Counted from the first letter of the whole stretch, positions 32,355 through 41,067 are shown. The stretch: 59,671 nt of DNA, filler included, from 6 parts of 6 records of this genome joined end to end with filler, not necessarily neighbours in it; one strand, 5' to 3'. Notes: generated by a model from the letters alone, not told the origin. Numbers and translations: made by a program.

Positions 32355-33278
32355 ATGAATTTAGGAAAATTACAGAAAGTTGAATTAAGAGATGTTTGGA
32401 AGCATGAAGCGCTTAATTTTACTAAATGGTTAGCAAAAGATGAGAATATCATTGAGCTTTCAAATGAAATAGGGATTGATATTGAAGTACTACAAACAGA
32501 AGCAAATGTAGGTAGTTTTAATGTTGATATCTTAGCAAAAGAGAGTGAAAGTGAACGTAAAATTATAATAGAGAACCAACTTGAAAAAACAGATCATGAC
32601 CACTTAGGAAAGCTTATTACTTATGCTTCTGGTTATGATGCAGAGTTTATTGTTTGGATTGTTAAAGCGGCTAGAGAAGAGCATGTAAATGCAATTCAAT
32701 GGTTAAATGAAAATATGGGAGAAAATATTAATTTTTTTCTAATAGAAATTGAACTATGGAAAATAGGAGACTCAAGTCCAGCACCTAAGTTTCAAATCAT
32801 AGCAAGACCTAATGATTGGGCCAAAACTATAAAAAGTGCTTCAAATAAAGGTGAACTTACTAACACTAAATCATTGCAGTTAGAGTTTTGGGAAAGCTTT
32901 AATGATTATGCAGAAGGGAAAGTTAGTTTTAATTTGAGAAAACCAAGACCTAGACACTGGTATGATTTATCTTATGGAAATTCTAATTCACATTTATCAT
33001 TATCACTTGATAGTAGAAATAATTTGATAAATATTCGACTCTATATCCCTGATAATATGGAACTATTTGAGGAATTATTAAGGAGTAAAAATCAGATAGA
33101 GAATGAGTTAGGATTTAAAATGGAATGGCAGGAACTTTCAACGAAAAAAGCTAGTAAAATTAATTATGAGATAAGAAATTTCAAATTAGAAATGAAAGAA
33201 AATTGGGATAACTATTTCCAATTAAGTATAGAAAAAGTGGAAAAGATAAAAGAAGTTTTTATAAGATATGTAAAATAA
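32355..33278 (+). CDS. NucS-like PD-(D/E)xK nuclease plus DUF4268
   Basis: LRDVWKHEA..FT.WL, VDILA, IIENQL..TDHDHLGKLITYA, Q..FW, HW. Confidence 0.85.
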   Translation: MNLGKLQKVELRDVWKHEALNFTKWLAKDENIIELSNEIGIDIEVLQTEANVGSFNVDILAKESESERKIIIENQLEKTDHDHLGKLITYASGYDAEFIVWIVKAAREEHVNAIQWLNENMGENINFFLIEIELWKIGDSSPAPKFQIIARPNDWAKTIKSASNKGELTNTKSLQLEFWESFNDYAEGKVSFNLRKPRPRHWYDLSYGNSNSHLSLSLDSRNNLINIRLYIPDNMELFEELLRSKNQIENELGFKMEWQELSTKKASKINYEIRNFKLEMKENWDNYFQLSIEKVEKIKEVFIRYVK

Positions 33279-33326
33279 CCACCACCTAAACTAACAGTCC
33301 GATAATATTAATAACTGAAAATTTCT

Positions 33327-33354
33327 AACCGCAGCCTAATTAGTTGCGGTTTTT
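33327..33354 (+). terminator. Intrinsic terminator
   Basis: AACCGCAGC-CTAATTA-GTTGCGGTT followed by Ts. Confidence 0.75.
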
Positions 33355-33542
33355 CTGTGTCCAATATCATTTAATAATTACACTCAAGCCCTCTTAGAGC
33401 CTCACTAATAAATTTAATTATACTTTTACCTAATGATGCCTGGTAAATTCTTTTCTTGCTAAAAAATTGCCAATCACAACTTTAAACAAACCTAATTCAA
33501 TTCTACTCTTGGGCCTCTATTGCAGGCTGTTAGTCATTATAA

Positions 33543-33971
33543 TTAATTATAGGACTTTTTATTCTTACCTTTTATTTGCCAAAAGATAACTTCTACCGGC
33601 ACTCCAAAAACTTTCGAAATAGCTTCCATTTTCTCTTCAGTAGTTCTTTCACCCTGAATGACTCCCTGGATCGTTCTAATGCTACAGTCTAGTTCTTTAG
33701 CTAATTGTTTAGCAGGAACGTTGTGAGCAAGCATTAGGCCGTAGAGCACCGTATTGGTGTTCTTGTTTAACTCAATAGCTCTGAAGTGGTCTTTTTTGGA
33801 TTTTCTCTCAATTTTTCTATTTCTCATTGTCTCAAGTTCCTTTAATGCTGTCACTATTGTTGATTTTGATTTATCTGGAAAGTGTAATTGTAGTGTTTTT
33901 AGATTCGTTTCTTTTAATTTATAAAGAGTTTCTAATTCTTCTTTAGACCAGTTAGTATTCATTTTCATCAC
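33543..33971 (-). CDS. Xre-type HTH regulator with Myb-like N-terminus, divergent from ori/rep
   Basis: NWSKEELETL at the N-terminus; AKQLAKELDCSIRTIQGVIQGERT...ISKVFGVPVEVIF. Confidence 0.7.
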   Translation of the reverse strand: MMKMNTNWSKEELETLYKLKETNLKTLQLHFPDKSKSTIVTALKELETMRNRKIERKSKKDHFRAIELNKNTNTVLYGLMLAHNVPAKQLAKELDCSIRTIQGVIQGERTTEEKMEAISKVFGVPVEVIFWQIKGKNKKSYN

Positions 33972-34159
33972 CAGGTTGATTATATCATCATTTTGAATTT
34001 TATAATGGTCAATTTGACCGATTAAAGTATAAGATATATAAAAGAAAAGTTGATTAATTTATATGAGTTGCACTGTAGTAGTATTTATAATGATTATATA
34101 ATGATTAAGGGGAAGTGCACTCCATTGAGTTTAAAGGGTTAAAACACAAACTTAACACG

Positions 34160-34435
34160 TTAAGGCTACATTAGTTCAAACTTTAACCCTACATTAGTTT
34201 TCACGTTAAGTCTACACTAGTTTCCCCGTTAACCCTACATTAGTTTTAAAAATGCACTTTTTTTCCTTAACCCTACATTAGTTTTTTACAATTGATTATT
34301 TTTTTAATTTTTTTTTGCATTTATAGATTAAAAATGGTAGTATTTTACTACTATTAACGTTAAAGGTACATTATAATGATGTAGGGTTAGCGTGTTTTAG
34401 TGGTGAAAAAGTACATAAATACTGTAGGGATAACG
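34160..34435. repeat. Iterons / replication origin
   Basis: TTAA(CC/GG/GT)CTACAYTAGTT at 34160, 34183, 34206, 34229 (23-bp period) and 34267; degenerate inverted copies (TGTAGGGTTAG) near 34380 and 34423; AT-rich tracts; directly upstream of rep. Confidence 0.88.
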
Positions 34436-34538
34436 TTAAAAATGATATTTTTTTTACAATTTTTTTTTTACGTTTAAAATTATTATTTATTTTACCATAA
34501 AGTTTTGTAAAAAGATAACAAAAATAAAAGATAAGGGT

Positions 34539-36413
34539 GTGTTTATGAAAAAAAATGATAAGTTAAGTCCCTTTGAAATGCAAGAAAATATTACCGTTCA
34601 AAGTAAAGTTGAAATTATAGAAGAATATAAAGATGTTGATAAATCTCTTATTGAGTTAGAAAAGAATACTAATATTATCAGGTTAGACATGAATACAATT
34701 GAGCATCCATTGTTCTCTAAAGCTAAAAATAGATTAATTAATCAGGGGAAAAAGTATTTTTTCAAAACAGATGGTACCTCTTATCTTGAAGTTACTCCAA
34801 CTTTAAATAGTAAAATACCTGGTGAGTTTGAGGAACGTATTTTTTTAGCACTAATTAAAATTATGCGGGATAATAATTATAGTAGTTCATTCTATACAAC
34901 ATCAAATGAGATATTAAGAAATATGAGTATTAACAATATATCAGGCTATTATCAGAAAAAATTGAAAGAAGGAATAGATATAATTGCCTCAACTACCTAT
35001 ACTTTTTTTAATTCAATGTACTCATATGAAGAAAAAGGTATTATTAAAGAGGAAATTAAAACTAGCATAATGGGTATTAGGCGAATAATAAGAGGTGAAA
35101 ATATAGAAGAGAGTATTGGAAAATTTAAAGACAAAAGGGTTAAAGAAGTTTATCAAATTTCACTATCAGAGCAATTTTATAAGAACATCATTAAAAAAGG
35201 TTATTTGACATTTGATTCTGAAAAACTTTTAAATATGAAAAATCCAACTACTAGAAGTATTTACCAGCTTATAGAAAAGTGGCGAGGATATGATCATTAT
35301 TTAAAACGTAAAGCATTTCATATTGCCAGACGAATACCTTTATCATGGGATAAAAGACATCTAACCGAAACTATTAATAGGTTAAAAGCAAGTTGCGATG
35401 AACTAAAGAAATTAAAATTGATAAGAGATTATGAAATGATAAATTATGAGAAGTTAGAGCTTTCTGAGTTTGAGTTTTTCTTTGATGAATCACATAACCT
35501 TAATAAAAGAGCTAGTTTTTATGATGATAAAGACTATACTAAAGGATTAGAAAAGTTAATAACTCATACAGAACCAACTAAGGTAAAAGATAAAAATGGA
35601 CATTTGGAAGATGCTTTAATAGTAAAAGATAAAAAGAAATTAACACCTAAACAGGTTCAAAGAATAAAAGAAAGCTTACCAGTTGCAGCGCAAAAGTTAA
35701 AAAGTATCGATAGAGCTATCAAAGAGCTTGGTAAGCAATATGAATTTGAGTATCTGTTAATTTGTGCTGAATACACAGCTAAGAATGCTAAGAAAAGCTA
35801 CAGAAGATACTTTATTGATACGGCAGAAAATGATTGGGCAGAAGAGCTTAGAATTAAAAAAGAACGGCTAAAACGAGCCAAAAAAATAGAGGAAGCTAAA
35901 AGAGAACAGCTGCAATTGAAAGCAGAAAAAGAAAAGCAGAGGAAAAAAGCAGAAAAAGAAAAGCAAGAAGAAATATATCAGCAGTATCTAGGGTTGTATA
36001 AACCAACACAGGAACACATAAAAGAAAAAGCGATAGAAGAATTTAAAAGTTTTTATGGTTCAAATGAAAAATTAGCTGAAAAGATACTTAATCCTGAAAT
36101 GATAAAATCTTTTATTATTACATACTTAGAAGTTAATCCACTTGAAACCTTGAAATCACAAGAAAAAAATGAAAAAATTATTGCTACCGAAAGCCAAGAG
36201 TTATATAATATAGAAGAATATTTTGATAGTATTGGAATGTTTGCTTACAAAGTACTTGAAATTTTAGAAAACCTTGAAATTGAAAACCATTCGCGAGTAC
36301 TTGAAATTCTTAAAATGTTCAAAGAATTTAAAGGAACACTTGACGAGTTTGAAATAGATATAAAATTTAATGAACTTGAAATGAGTTATATTAAAATAAG
36401 TAGGGAGGGATAG
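34539..36413 (+). CDS. Plasmid replication initiator (RepA/TrfA-like wHTH) with long C-terminal extension
   Basis: DMNTIEHPLFS, PGEFEERIFLALIKI, TRSIYQLIEKWR, IARRIPL; between the iterons and parA. Confidence 0.8.
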   Translation: MFMKKNDKLSPFEMQENITVQSKVEIIEEYKDVDKSLIELEKNTNIIRLDMNTIEHPLFSKAKNRLINQGKKYFFKTDGTSYLEVTPTLNSKIPGEFEERIFLALIKIMRDNNYSSSFYTTSNEILRNMSINNISGYYQKKLKEGIDIIASTTYTFFNSMYSYEEKGIIKEEIKTSIMGIRRIIRGENIEESIGKFKDKRVKEVYQISLSEQFYKNIIKKGYLTFDSEKLLNMKNPTTRSIYQLIEKWRGYDHYLKRKAFHIARRIPLSWDKRHLTETINRLKASCDELKKLKLIRDYEMINYEKLELSEFEFFFDESHNLNKRASFYDDKDYTKGLEKLITHTEPTKVKDKNGHLEDALIVKDKKKLTPKQVQRIKESLPVAAQKLKSIDRAIKELGKQYEFEYLLICAEYTAKNAKKSYRRYFIDTAENDWAEELRIKKERLKRAKKIEEAKREQLQLKAEKEKQRKKAEKEKQEEIYQQYLGLYKPTQEHIKEKAIEEFKSFYGSNEKLAEKILNPEMIKSFIITYLEVNPLETLKSQEKNEKIIATESQELYNIEEYFDSIGMFAYKVLEILENLEIENHSRVLEILKMFKEFKGTLDEFEIDIKFNELEMSYIKISREG

Positions 36414-36414
36414 T

Positions 36415-37128
36415 ATGATAATCTACATTAAAAATCAAAAGGGTGGAGTAGGAAAATCTACTATCACAAAAAATTTAGCTTCAGGATTGGAAAAATTAGA
36501 AAATAAAACAGCTATTATTACTTTTGATGCTCAAAATGATAGTTTAAGAATGCTAGGCCATTTATATGAAGATGGAGATAAAGGGTTTAAGCATTTTGTA
36601 AAAACTGGTGAAGATGTTAAGATTCATGTAAGAGAAAACCTTTGGTACTATCCCCTTGAAACAGATATTTTTGCTAATAATATGAAAACTAAGATTAAAA
36701 ACTCTTTAAAGAAATTAGAAAACGAATATGATGTAATTTTAATAGATGGAGCTCCAGCATCGAATAACATTCTTGATAAAGTAGCTCTTGAATTATCAGA
36801 TAAGTTTATAGTACCTATTCAATTAAACGAAGCTTCAGTAAGAGGAATTAGTAGATTGTTAGACAATGATAAAGGTTCAGATATTGATGTGATTGTTCCA
36901 AACTTTTTTGGGAATACTAAAGTAAATAAAGAGTATTATGAAGCATTGAAAGATCATTTAGAGGAGAGTACTATAAATATTATTACTCCAATTAAAAGAA
37001 GCTCGATTGAAGAAACTCTTGCTGAAAAGGGGAAATCGATATTTGAAACTGAATCGCAAAAATCTATTGATTTACGAGAAAGATACTTAGAGCTGATAGA
37101 GGTGTTGTTTAATGAAGAAAATAGTTAA
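36415..37128 (+). CDS. parA: ParA/Soj ATPase
   Basis: KNQKGGVGKST deviant Walker A, DAQN, YDVILIDGAP. Confidence 0.93.
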   Translation: MIIYIKNQKGGVGKSTITKNLASGLEKLENKTAIITFDAQNDSLRMLGHLYEDGDKGFKHFVKTGEDVKIHVRENLWYYPLETDIFANNMKTKIKNSLKKLENEYDVILIDGAPASNNILDKVALELSDKFIVPIQLNEASVRGISRLLDNDKGSDIDVIVPNFFGNTKVNKEYYEALKDHLEESTINIITPIKRSSIEETLAEKGKSIFETESQKSIDLRERYLELIEVLFNEENS

Positions 37129-37855
37129 GTCAAATGTTGCAAACTTAAAACTTAGTAAAAAACATAAAAAAACAGCCCCACCAAAAAATAAGGAAGTAAT
37201 AGAACCTGAAATTATAGAAGATAAAGTTCCTAGTGCGGTCAACTTGACCGAAGTAGAAAAAATTGCAAATGATATTGACTTTACTTTTACTGAAGACGTT
37301 AATATAAACAACTTCTTAAAAATAAAAACAGTAGAATTATTAAATACACAAGGAAAAGCATATATTGAATTCGGAAGAATATATCAAGAAGTTTATGATA
37401 AATTAGGAGGAGACAATCATCATAATGGTTTATATACAAAATGGCTTATAGCTAATGAAATTTCTCCTAAAACAGCTCATAGGTATAGAGATAGATATAA
37501 ACTCTATAAAAAAATGAAAACTGATTCAGCAAAAACTATTATAGCAACTATTCCTCATAGAGTTATTTTAAGTGTATTGAATTCAAAAGAAAAAAAAGTT
37601 AGTATAATTAACTCTCTAAACAGAACAGATGAAGGTATGACGAGAGAGCAGCTTTTAGAAATGTTTAGTCAAGTAAAGCCAAAAAAAATTGAAAATAAAC
37701 CAAATGATATAGAATTAGCGTATAAAGAATTTAAAGAAAAGTACTCTCACTTTAACTTGGAGAAAATACCATCAAAAAAGCAAGAAAAAGCTAATCTATT
37801 ATTAGCTAAAGTAAATAAATTATTGGAGCAACTTGAAAAATTAGAAGAGAAGTAA
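37112..37855 (+). CDS. ParA partner (non-canonical ParB-like partition protein)
   Basis: Overlaps parA; GRIYQEVYD...GLYTKWL...KTAHRYRDRY HTH-like block. Confidence 0.7.
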   Translation: MKKIVKSNVANLKLSKKHKKTAPPKNKEVIEPEIIEDKVPSAVNLTEVEKIANDIDFTFTEDVNINNFLKIKTVELLNTQGKAYIEFGRIYQEVYDKLGGDNHHNGLYTKWLIANEISPKTAHRYRDRYKLYKKMKTDSAKTIIATIPHRVILSVLNSKEKKVSIINSLNRTDEGMTREQLLEMFSQVKPKKIENKPNDIELAYKEFKEKYSHFNLEKIPSKKQEKANLLLAKVNKLLEQLEKLEEK

Positions 37856-37869
37856 TTAAAACTATCTTG

Positions 37870-37891
37870 GAGTCGGAAACGGCTCTTTTTT
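37870..37891 (+). terminator. Intrinsic terminator of rep-parAB
   Basis: GAGTCG-GAAA-CGGCTC followed by T6. Confidence 0.8.
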
Positions 37892-37967
37892 ATTTTGTAG
37901 CCTATATTAAAAAAAATATTCTGAAATAAAAATTGAATTTTTTAGATTAATCTGCTAAAATAAACTA

Positions 37968-38143
37968 TAAAAGTTATGCAGGGAAAATTTAAGGGTCAAG
38001 ACGACGGCACCTTGATTTTATTAGAATTTCTCTTGACACCATTTTATTTACTAGTAACACTTAAAATATAATCAAGCCGAAAACTTAAGAGTTTTGTAAA
38101 AATTCCACGCTAAAAGTGGCATTTTTTCGGTACTCTTTTTTTT
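37968..38143 (+). ncRNA. Candidate ~175-nt small RNA
   Basis: Promoter TTGAAT-17-TAAAAT (37933-37961, extended TG); long stem-loop at 37979-38035; second stem ending in a T run at 38136-38143; no ORF. Confidence 0.4.
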
Positions 38144-38180
38144 GTTTTTAGCATTGAAAATAAAAAGTTTTAAAAAAAGC

Positions 38181-38209
38181 TTGACTTTAAAAAAAAGATA
38201 AAGTACAAT
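38181..38209 (+). promoter_or_regulatory. Sigma70-type promoter
   Basis: TTGACT-17-TACAAT. Confidence 0.8.
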
Positions 38210-38223
38210 TATCGTATAGGTAG

Positions 38224-38250
38224 TTAGCACTCATCTAAGGTGGCTGCTAA
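38224..38250 (+). promoter_or_regulatory. CIRCE (HrcA operator)
   Basis: TTAGCACTC-N9-GGCTGCTAA against consensus TTAGCACTC-N9-GAGTGCTAA (16/18), just downstream of the -10. Confidence 0.75.
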
Positions 38251-38288
38251 TAAAAATTTAAAAATAAAATAAACATAGAAAAAAACAA

Positions 38289-38573
38289 TAATGGTGAAGA
38301 TGCCATTAGATAAAGGGGGTTAAATGAAGAGAGAGAATTAGTGACGAAGAAGTCATTAGATGGTTTTAATGAGGTAAAAGATGATCTAGAAAGGTCATTT
38401 GATAGAAAAAGATTTTTGAAGGTATAGCCTAAATAAATAATAAAAGCAGAGAAAATACAGAGGACACCGAATAGAAAAGATTTTTTTAGTTGTGTCAGTC
38501 TGGTGACGGAGAAGTCATCAAATGGTGAAGATTAATACGAAGGTACACAAATTGATGGTGAAGATACTATCAA
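38289..38573 (+). repeat. Array of short hairpins with GRAGAW hexaloops in a long untranslated leader
   Basis: Hairpins at 38289-38308, 38338-38359, 38501-38520 and 38552-38573; variant at 38379-38400. Confidence 0.7.
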
Positions 38574-38659
38574 ACGTAGAAAGGAAGTAACACGATTGAA
38601 AAATTATCCAGAATACGGTTTTGTGATGCCACAAAATGAAGAAAAATAGGAGAATTAAA

Positions 38660-39433
38660 ATGGAAAATAAAACAGCAGAACAAAGAGAAGAATTGAATCA
38701 AGATTGGCTAATAAATACAATTATTACTGGTGAATTAGTAAGAGTTAGTGACAATAAAGAACTAGACTCGTTTGCATTTGAGACTTTAAACAAAGTAAAA
38801 ACAGCAAATGCAGCTAATAGAATTTCATCAGGAAAACGTCTTCAAAAACTTTTTGAAAGATGTGAACAAGAGGAAAGTAATAAAGATAAAAAACTTTATA
38901 CTAAATACCTAGAAGAGCATAACTATTCAGTAAAAACAGCTTTAAGATATAGAAATAGATACAACGTTTTTAAATTTATGAATACTGATGATTCAAAAGC
39001 TATTATTGCGTCGGTAAATGATGAAGTTATTACTGGAATCAAAAAATTAACTGATCAAAAAAGGTTTGAGCTTTTTCACGAATTAAACAATGGAATGAGT
39101 AAAGACGAGTTAATTAAAAAAATTCTACCTGAACAAGAAGAAGAAAACAAAGAAGTAACAGTTAAAGTACTTCAAGAATCAGAAAAAGTTTTTCATAAAA
39201 CGTTTACTCCTGAAACATTTGAGAATTTAAACAAATCAGAAAAAGCTAAAATTAATAAATCTTTAAAAAGTATTATTAAAGTTTATGAAGATAAAGAGAA
39301 AAGAGCGGTTAAAGAAGAGGTCGAGGCAAGACTGAAAGAAGAACGTTTGAAAATTGAAAAAGAAGTTAGAGAAAAAAGAGAATCAGAAACAATGGAACCA
39401 ATAGCTGATAGTGAGGAGCTTAGTTCAAAATAA
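38660..39433 (+). CDS. Paralogue of the ParB-like partition protein
   Basis: LYTKYL...SVKTALRYRNRY..FK.M.TDDSKAIIA aligns with LYTKWL...SPKTAHRYRDRY..YK.MKTDSAKTIIA of 37112-37855; AGGAG RBS before 38660. Confidence 0.75.
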   Translation: MENKTAEQREELNQDWLINTIITGELVRVSDNKELDSFAFETLNKVKTANAANRISSGKRLQKLFERCEQEESNKDKKLYTKYLEEHNYSVKTALRYRNRYNVFKFMNTDDSKAIIASVNDEVITGIKKLTDQKRFELFHELNNGMSKDELIKKILPEQEEENKEVTVKVLQESEKVFHKTFTPETFENLNKSEKAKINKSLKSIIKVYEDKEKRAVKEEVEARLKEERLKIEKEVREKRESETMEPIADSEELSSK

Positions 39434-39524
39434 ACAGTTAAGAGTTTTGTTAAGCTGTCTAGGGAATTATTTCTAGAAGCTTTTCAGAGCTCTTTTTATA
39501 ATGTAAAAAACGAAGGAGAACAAC

Positions 39525-39895
39525 ATGAACAACAATTCAAAAGCAGCTACCAATTAATAGATAAGGAATTCAAGCATGATACTAAATTTCTGGTTGATGC
39601 TAACGTTGCTGAACAGTTCATTCATGAAAGAATTCATTCTCATGGAAAAGTATTAACTTATAATGGAGTATAGTTTTATTCTTTTTATCAAGAAACTAAA
39701 GAGAACTCAATAGTCCTTTATGATGTTGATAAGAGAATTAGAGTCACAGATGATGCTTCTGAAATTAAGCAATTGAAATTAAATGGTTATCAAGAGTTAC
39801 TTTTATCAAAAGAGTTGGTTAATCTAAATGAAGTTCAAATGGCTAGAGCTATAATGTCGGGCCTTTATGGTGTGAAGTACAAACAAGCTTCATAG
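39525..39895 (+). pseudogene. Degraded ~120-codon gene
   Basis: AAGGAG RBS and ATG at 39525 give only 10 codons; the -1 frame is coding-like to 39895 with one internal TAG at 39671. Confidence 0.55.
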
Positions 39896-40374
39896 TGAGT
39901 TTTTAGTTGATAGGTGTGTGATGAAAACGTCATATACCTATCGGCTCAGCAAACGAACGAAAGTGAGAACGCTTAGTTTAACAGACTAACCTTTAAATAA
40001 AAATCTTAATGATAAAACTTTATAAATCAACCGTTATGACATTTGACCGTTTAAGTCTAATAAGTTTAAATGTTCAACGTCTAACAACTCTCAACCCTAA
40101 ATAAGCAGCTCTCCTAAAAGAGCAAGCGTTTATTGTTAATGATAATATAATAGCTCAATCAATTAATCGCTCACCATGACCTAGTGGCCAGTTCGCTTTT
40201 ATAGTTTAATTTAAAATCAAAGTATAATATAAATATACGACGATTAACAAATATTTTGGTTTTGAAACTAATAATTTCAATGGCTAGATAAATTATATGC
40301 ACATTTCAATTTGAAAGGACAGGATTCGACAGTTGCTTCTATAATTAGTACACTATTAATATAAAAACAAATTA

Positions 40375-41067
40375 ATGGAGGTAACAGAAGAAATGAAATA
40401 TAAAAATAGAAGTGAACTAACGATTATGGTGATAGATAATGAAACAGGAGAAATTTATGCTGATAGTAGTGAAGGATATCAAATTAAAAAAAGAGTTAAA
40501 CAGTATGAACCTCTGATTACTTCAATTAATGAAGCTAATAATGATATAAAATTAATAGAATCAAAAATTAGAAGAACTAAACAAATGAATTCTTATAAGC
40601 AAATCTATATTAAAGGTCAATATGACTCTAGAGAATTACAGGAGATAGTATGTAAATCAAATTATGGAACAGAAATTTTTCGGTTAATGAGATTAGTCAC
40701 CAGCAAATCATCAATGATAGCAAGGTCAAAAGGAAATAAAAATGTTTGTTCACTTTGGAAGGAGCTACATGAAGCACTTGAGATAAATGGTTCAAAAAAG
40801 CAAGCTGCTTTTAAGAAGTTCTGTGAAGAAAATCATATTATTAGAATGTATGAAGATAGACTCTACTTCAATCCAACTTATTATCGTGACCAAGTTTATG
40901 TAGGAATCAAAGCTTGTGGAGTTTTCAAAGATTTTACTTTGAATAGAATGAACGATTATGCGAAGCTTTACCTTTACGTCAAATGTGAATGCGTAACAGC
41001 TGAAGATATTAAAAATAGTAATTACAATCTTGAGAATGATACACCTGAGAAAACATTAATTGCTTAA
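40375..41067 (+). CDS. RepL-like (pSN2-type) wHTH replication/maintenance protein
   Basis: VIDNETGEI...NSYKQIYI...SMIA...KELHEALE...EENHIIR...LYFNPTYYR follows the RepL pattern (IDEESGEV/NFVKAYI/EEGNIIKR/LMLNP) as recalled. Confidence 0.6.
   Translation: MEVTEEMKYKNRSELTIMVIDNETGEIYADSSEGYQIKKRVKQYEPLITSINEANNDIKLIESKIRRTKQMNSYKQIYIKGQYDSRELQEIVCKSNYGTEIFRLMRLVTSKSSMIARSKGNKNVCSLWKELHEALEINGSKKQAAFKKFCEENHIIRMYEDRLYFNPTYYRDQVYVGIKACGVFKDFTLNRMNDYAKLYLYVKCECVTAEDIKNSNYNLENDTPEKTLIA

Noticed and set aside
34160-34283. Regularly spaced repeats as a CRISPR array
   Set aside because: 17-bp repeats with 6-bp spacers directly upstream of rep are iterons; there are no cas genes.
35920-35970. AAGCAGAAAAAGAAAAGCA repeat inside rep
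   Set aside because: It encodes a KAEKEKQ coiled-coil duplication, which is ordinary low-complexity coding sequence.
38289-38573. Hairpin array as a mini-CRISPR or as CRP/FNR sites
   Set aside because: Spacing is irregular and the stems vary in sequence. The fixed asymmetric loop and G.U pairs do not fit CRISPR repeats or palindromic operators.
39671-39673. In-frame TAG as recoding (alternative code or pyrrolysine)
   Set aside because: Other plasmid genes such as rep and the SNase end in TAG normally, and the same ORF also has a frameshift, so decay is simpler.
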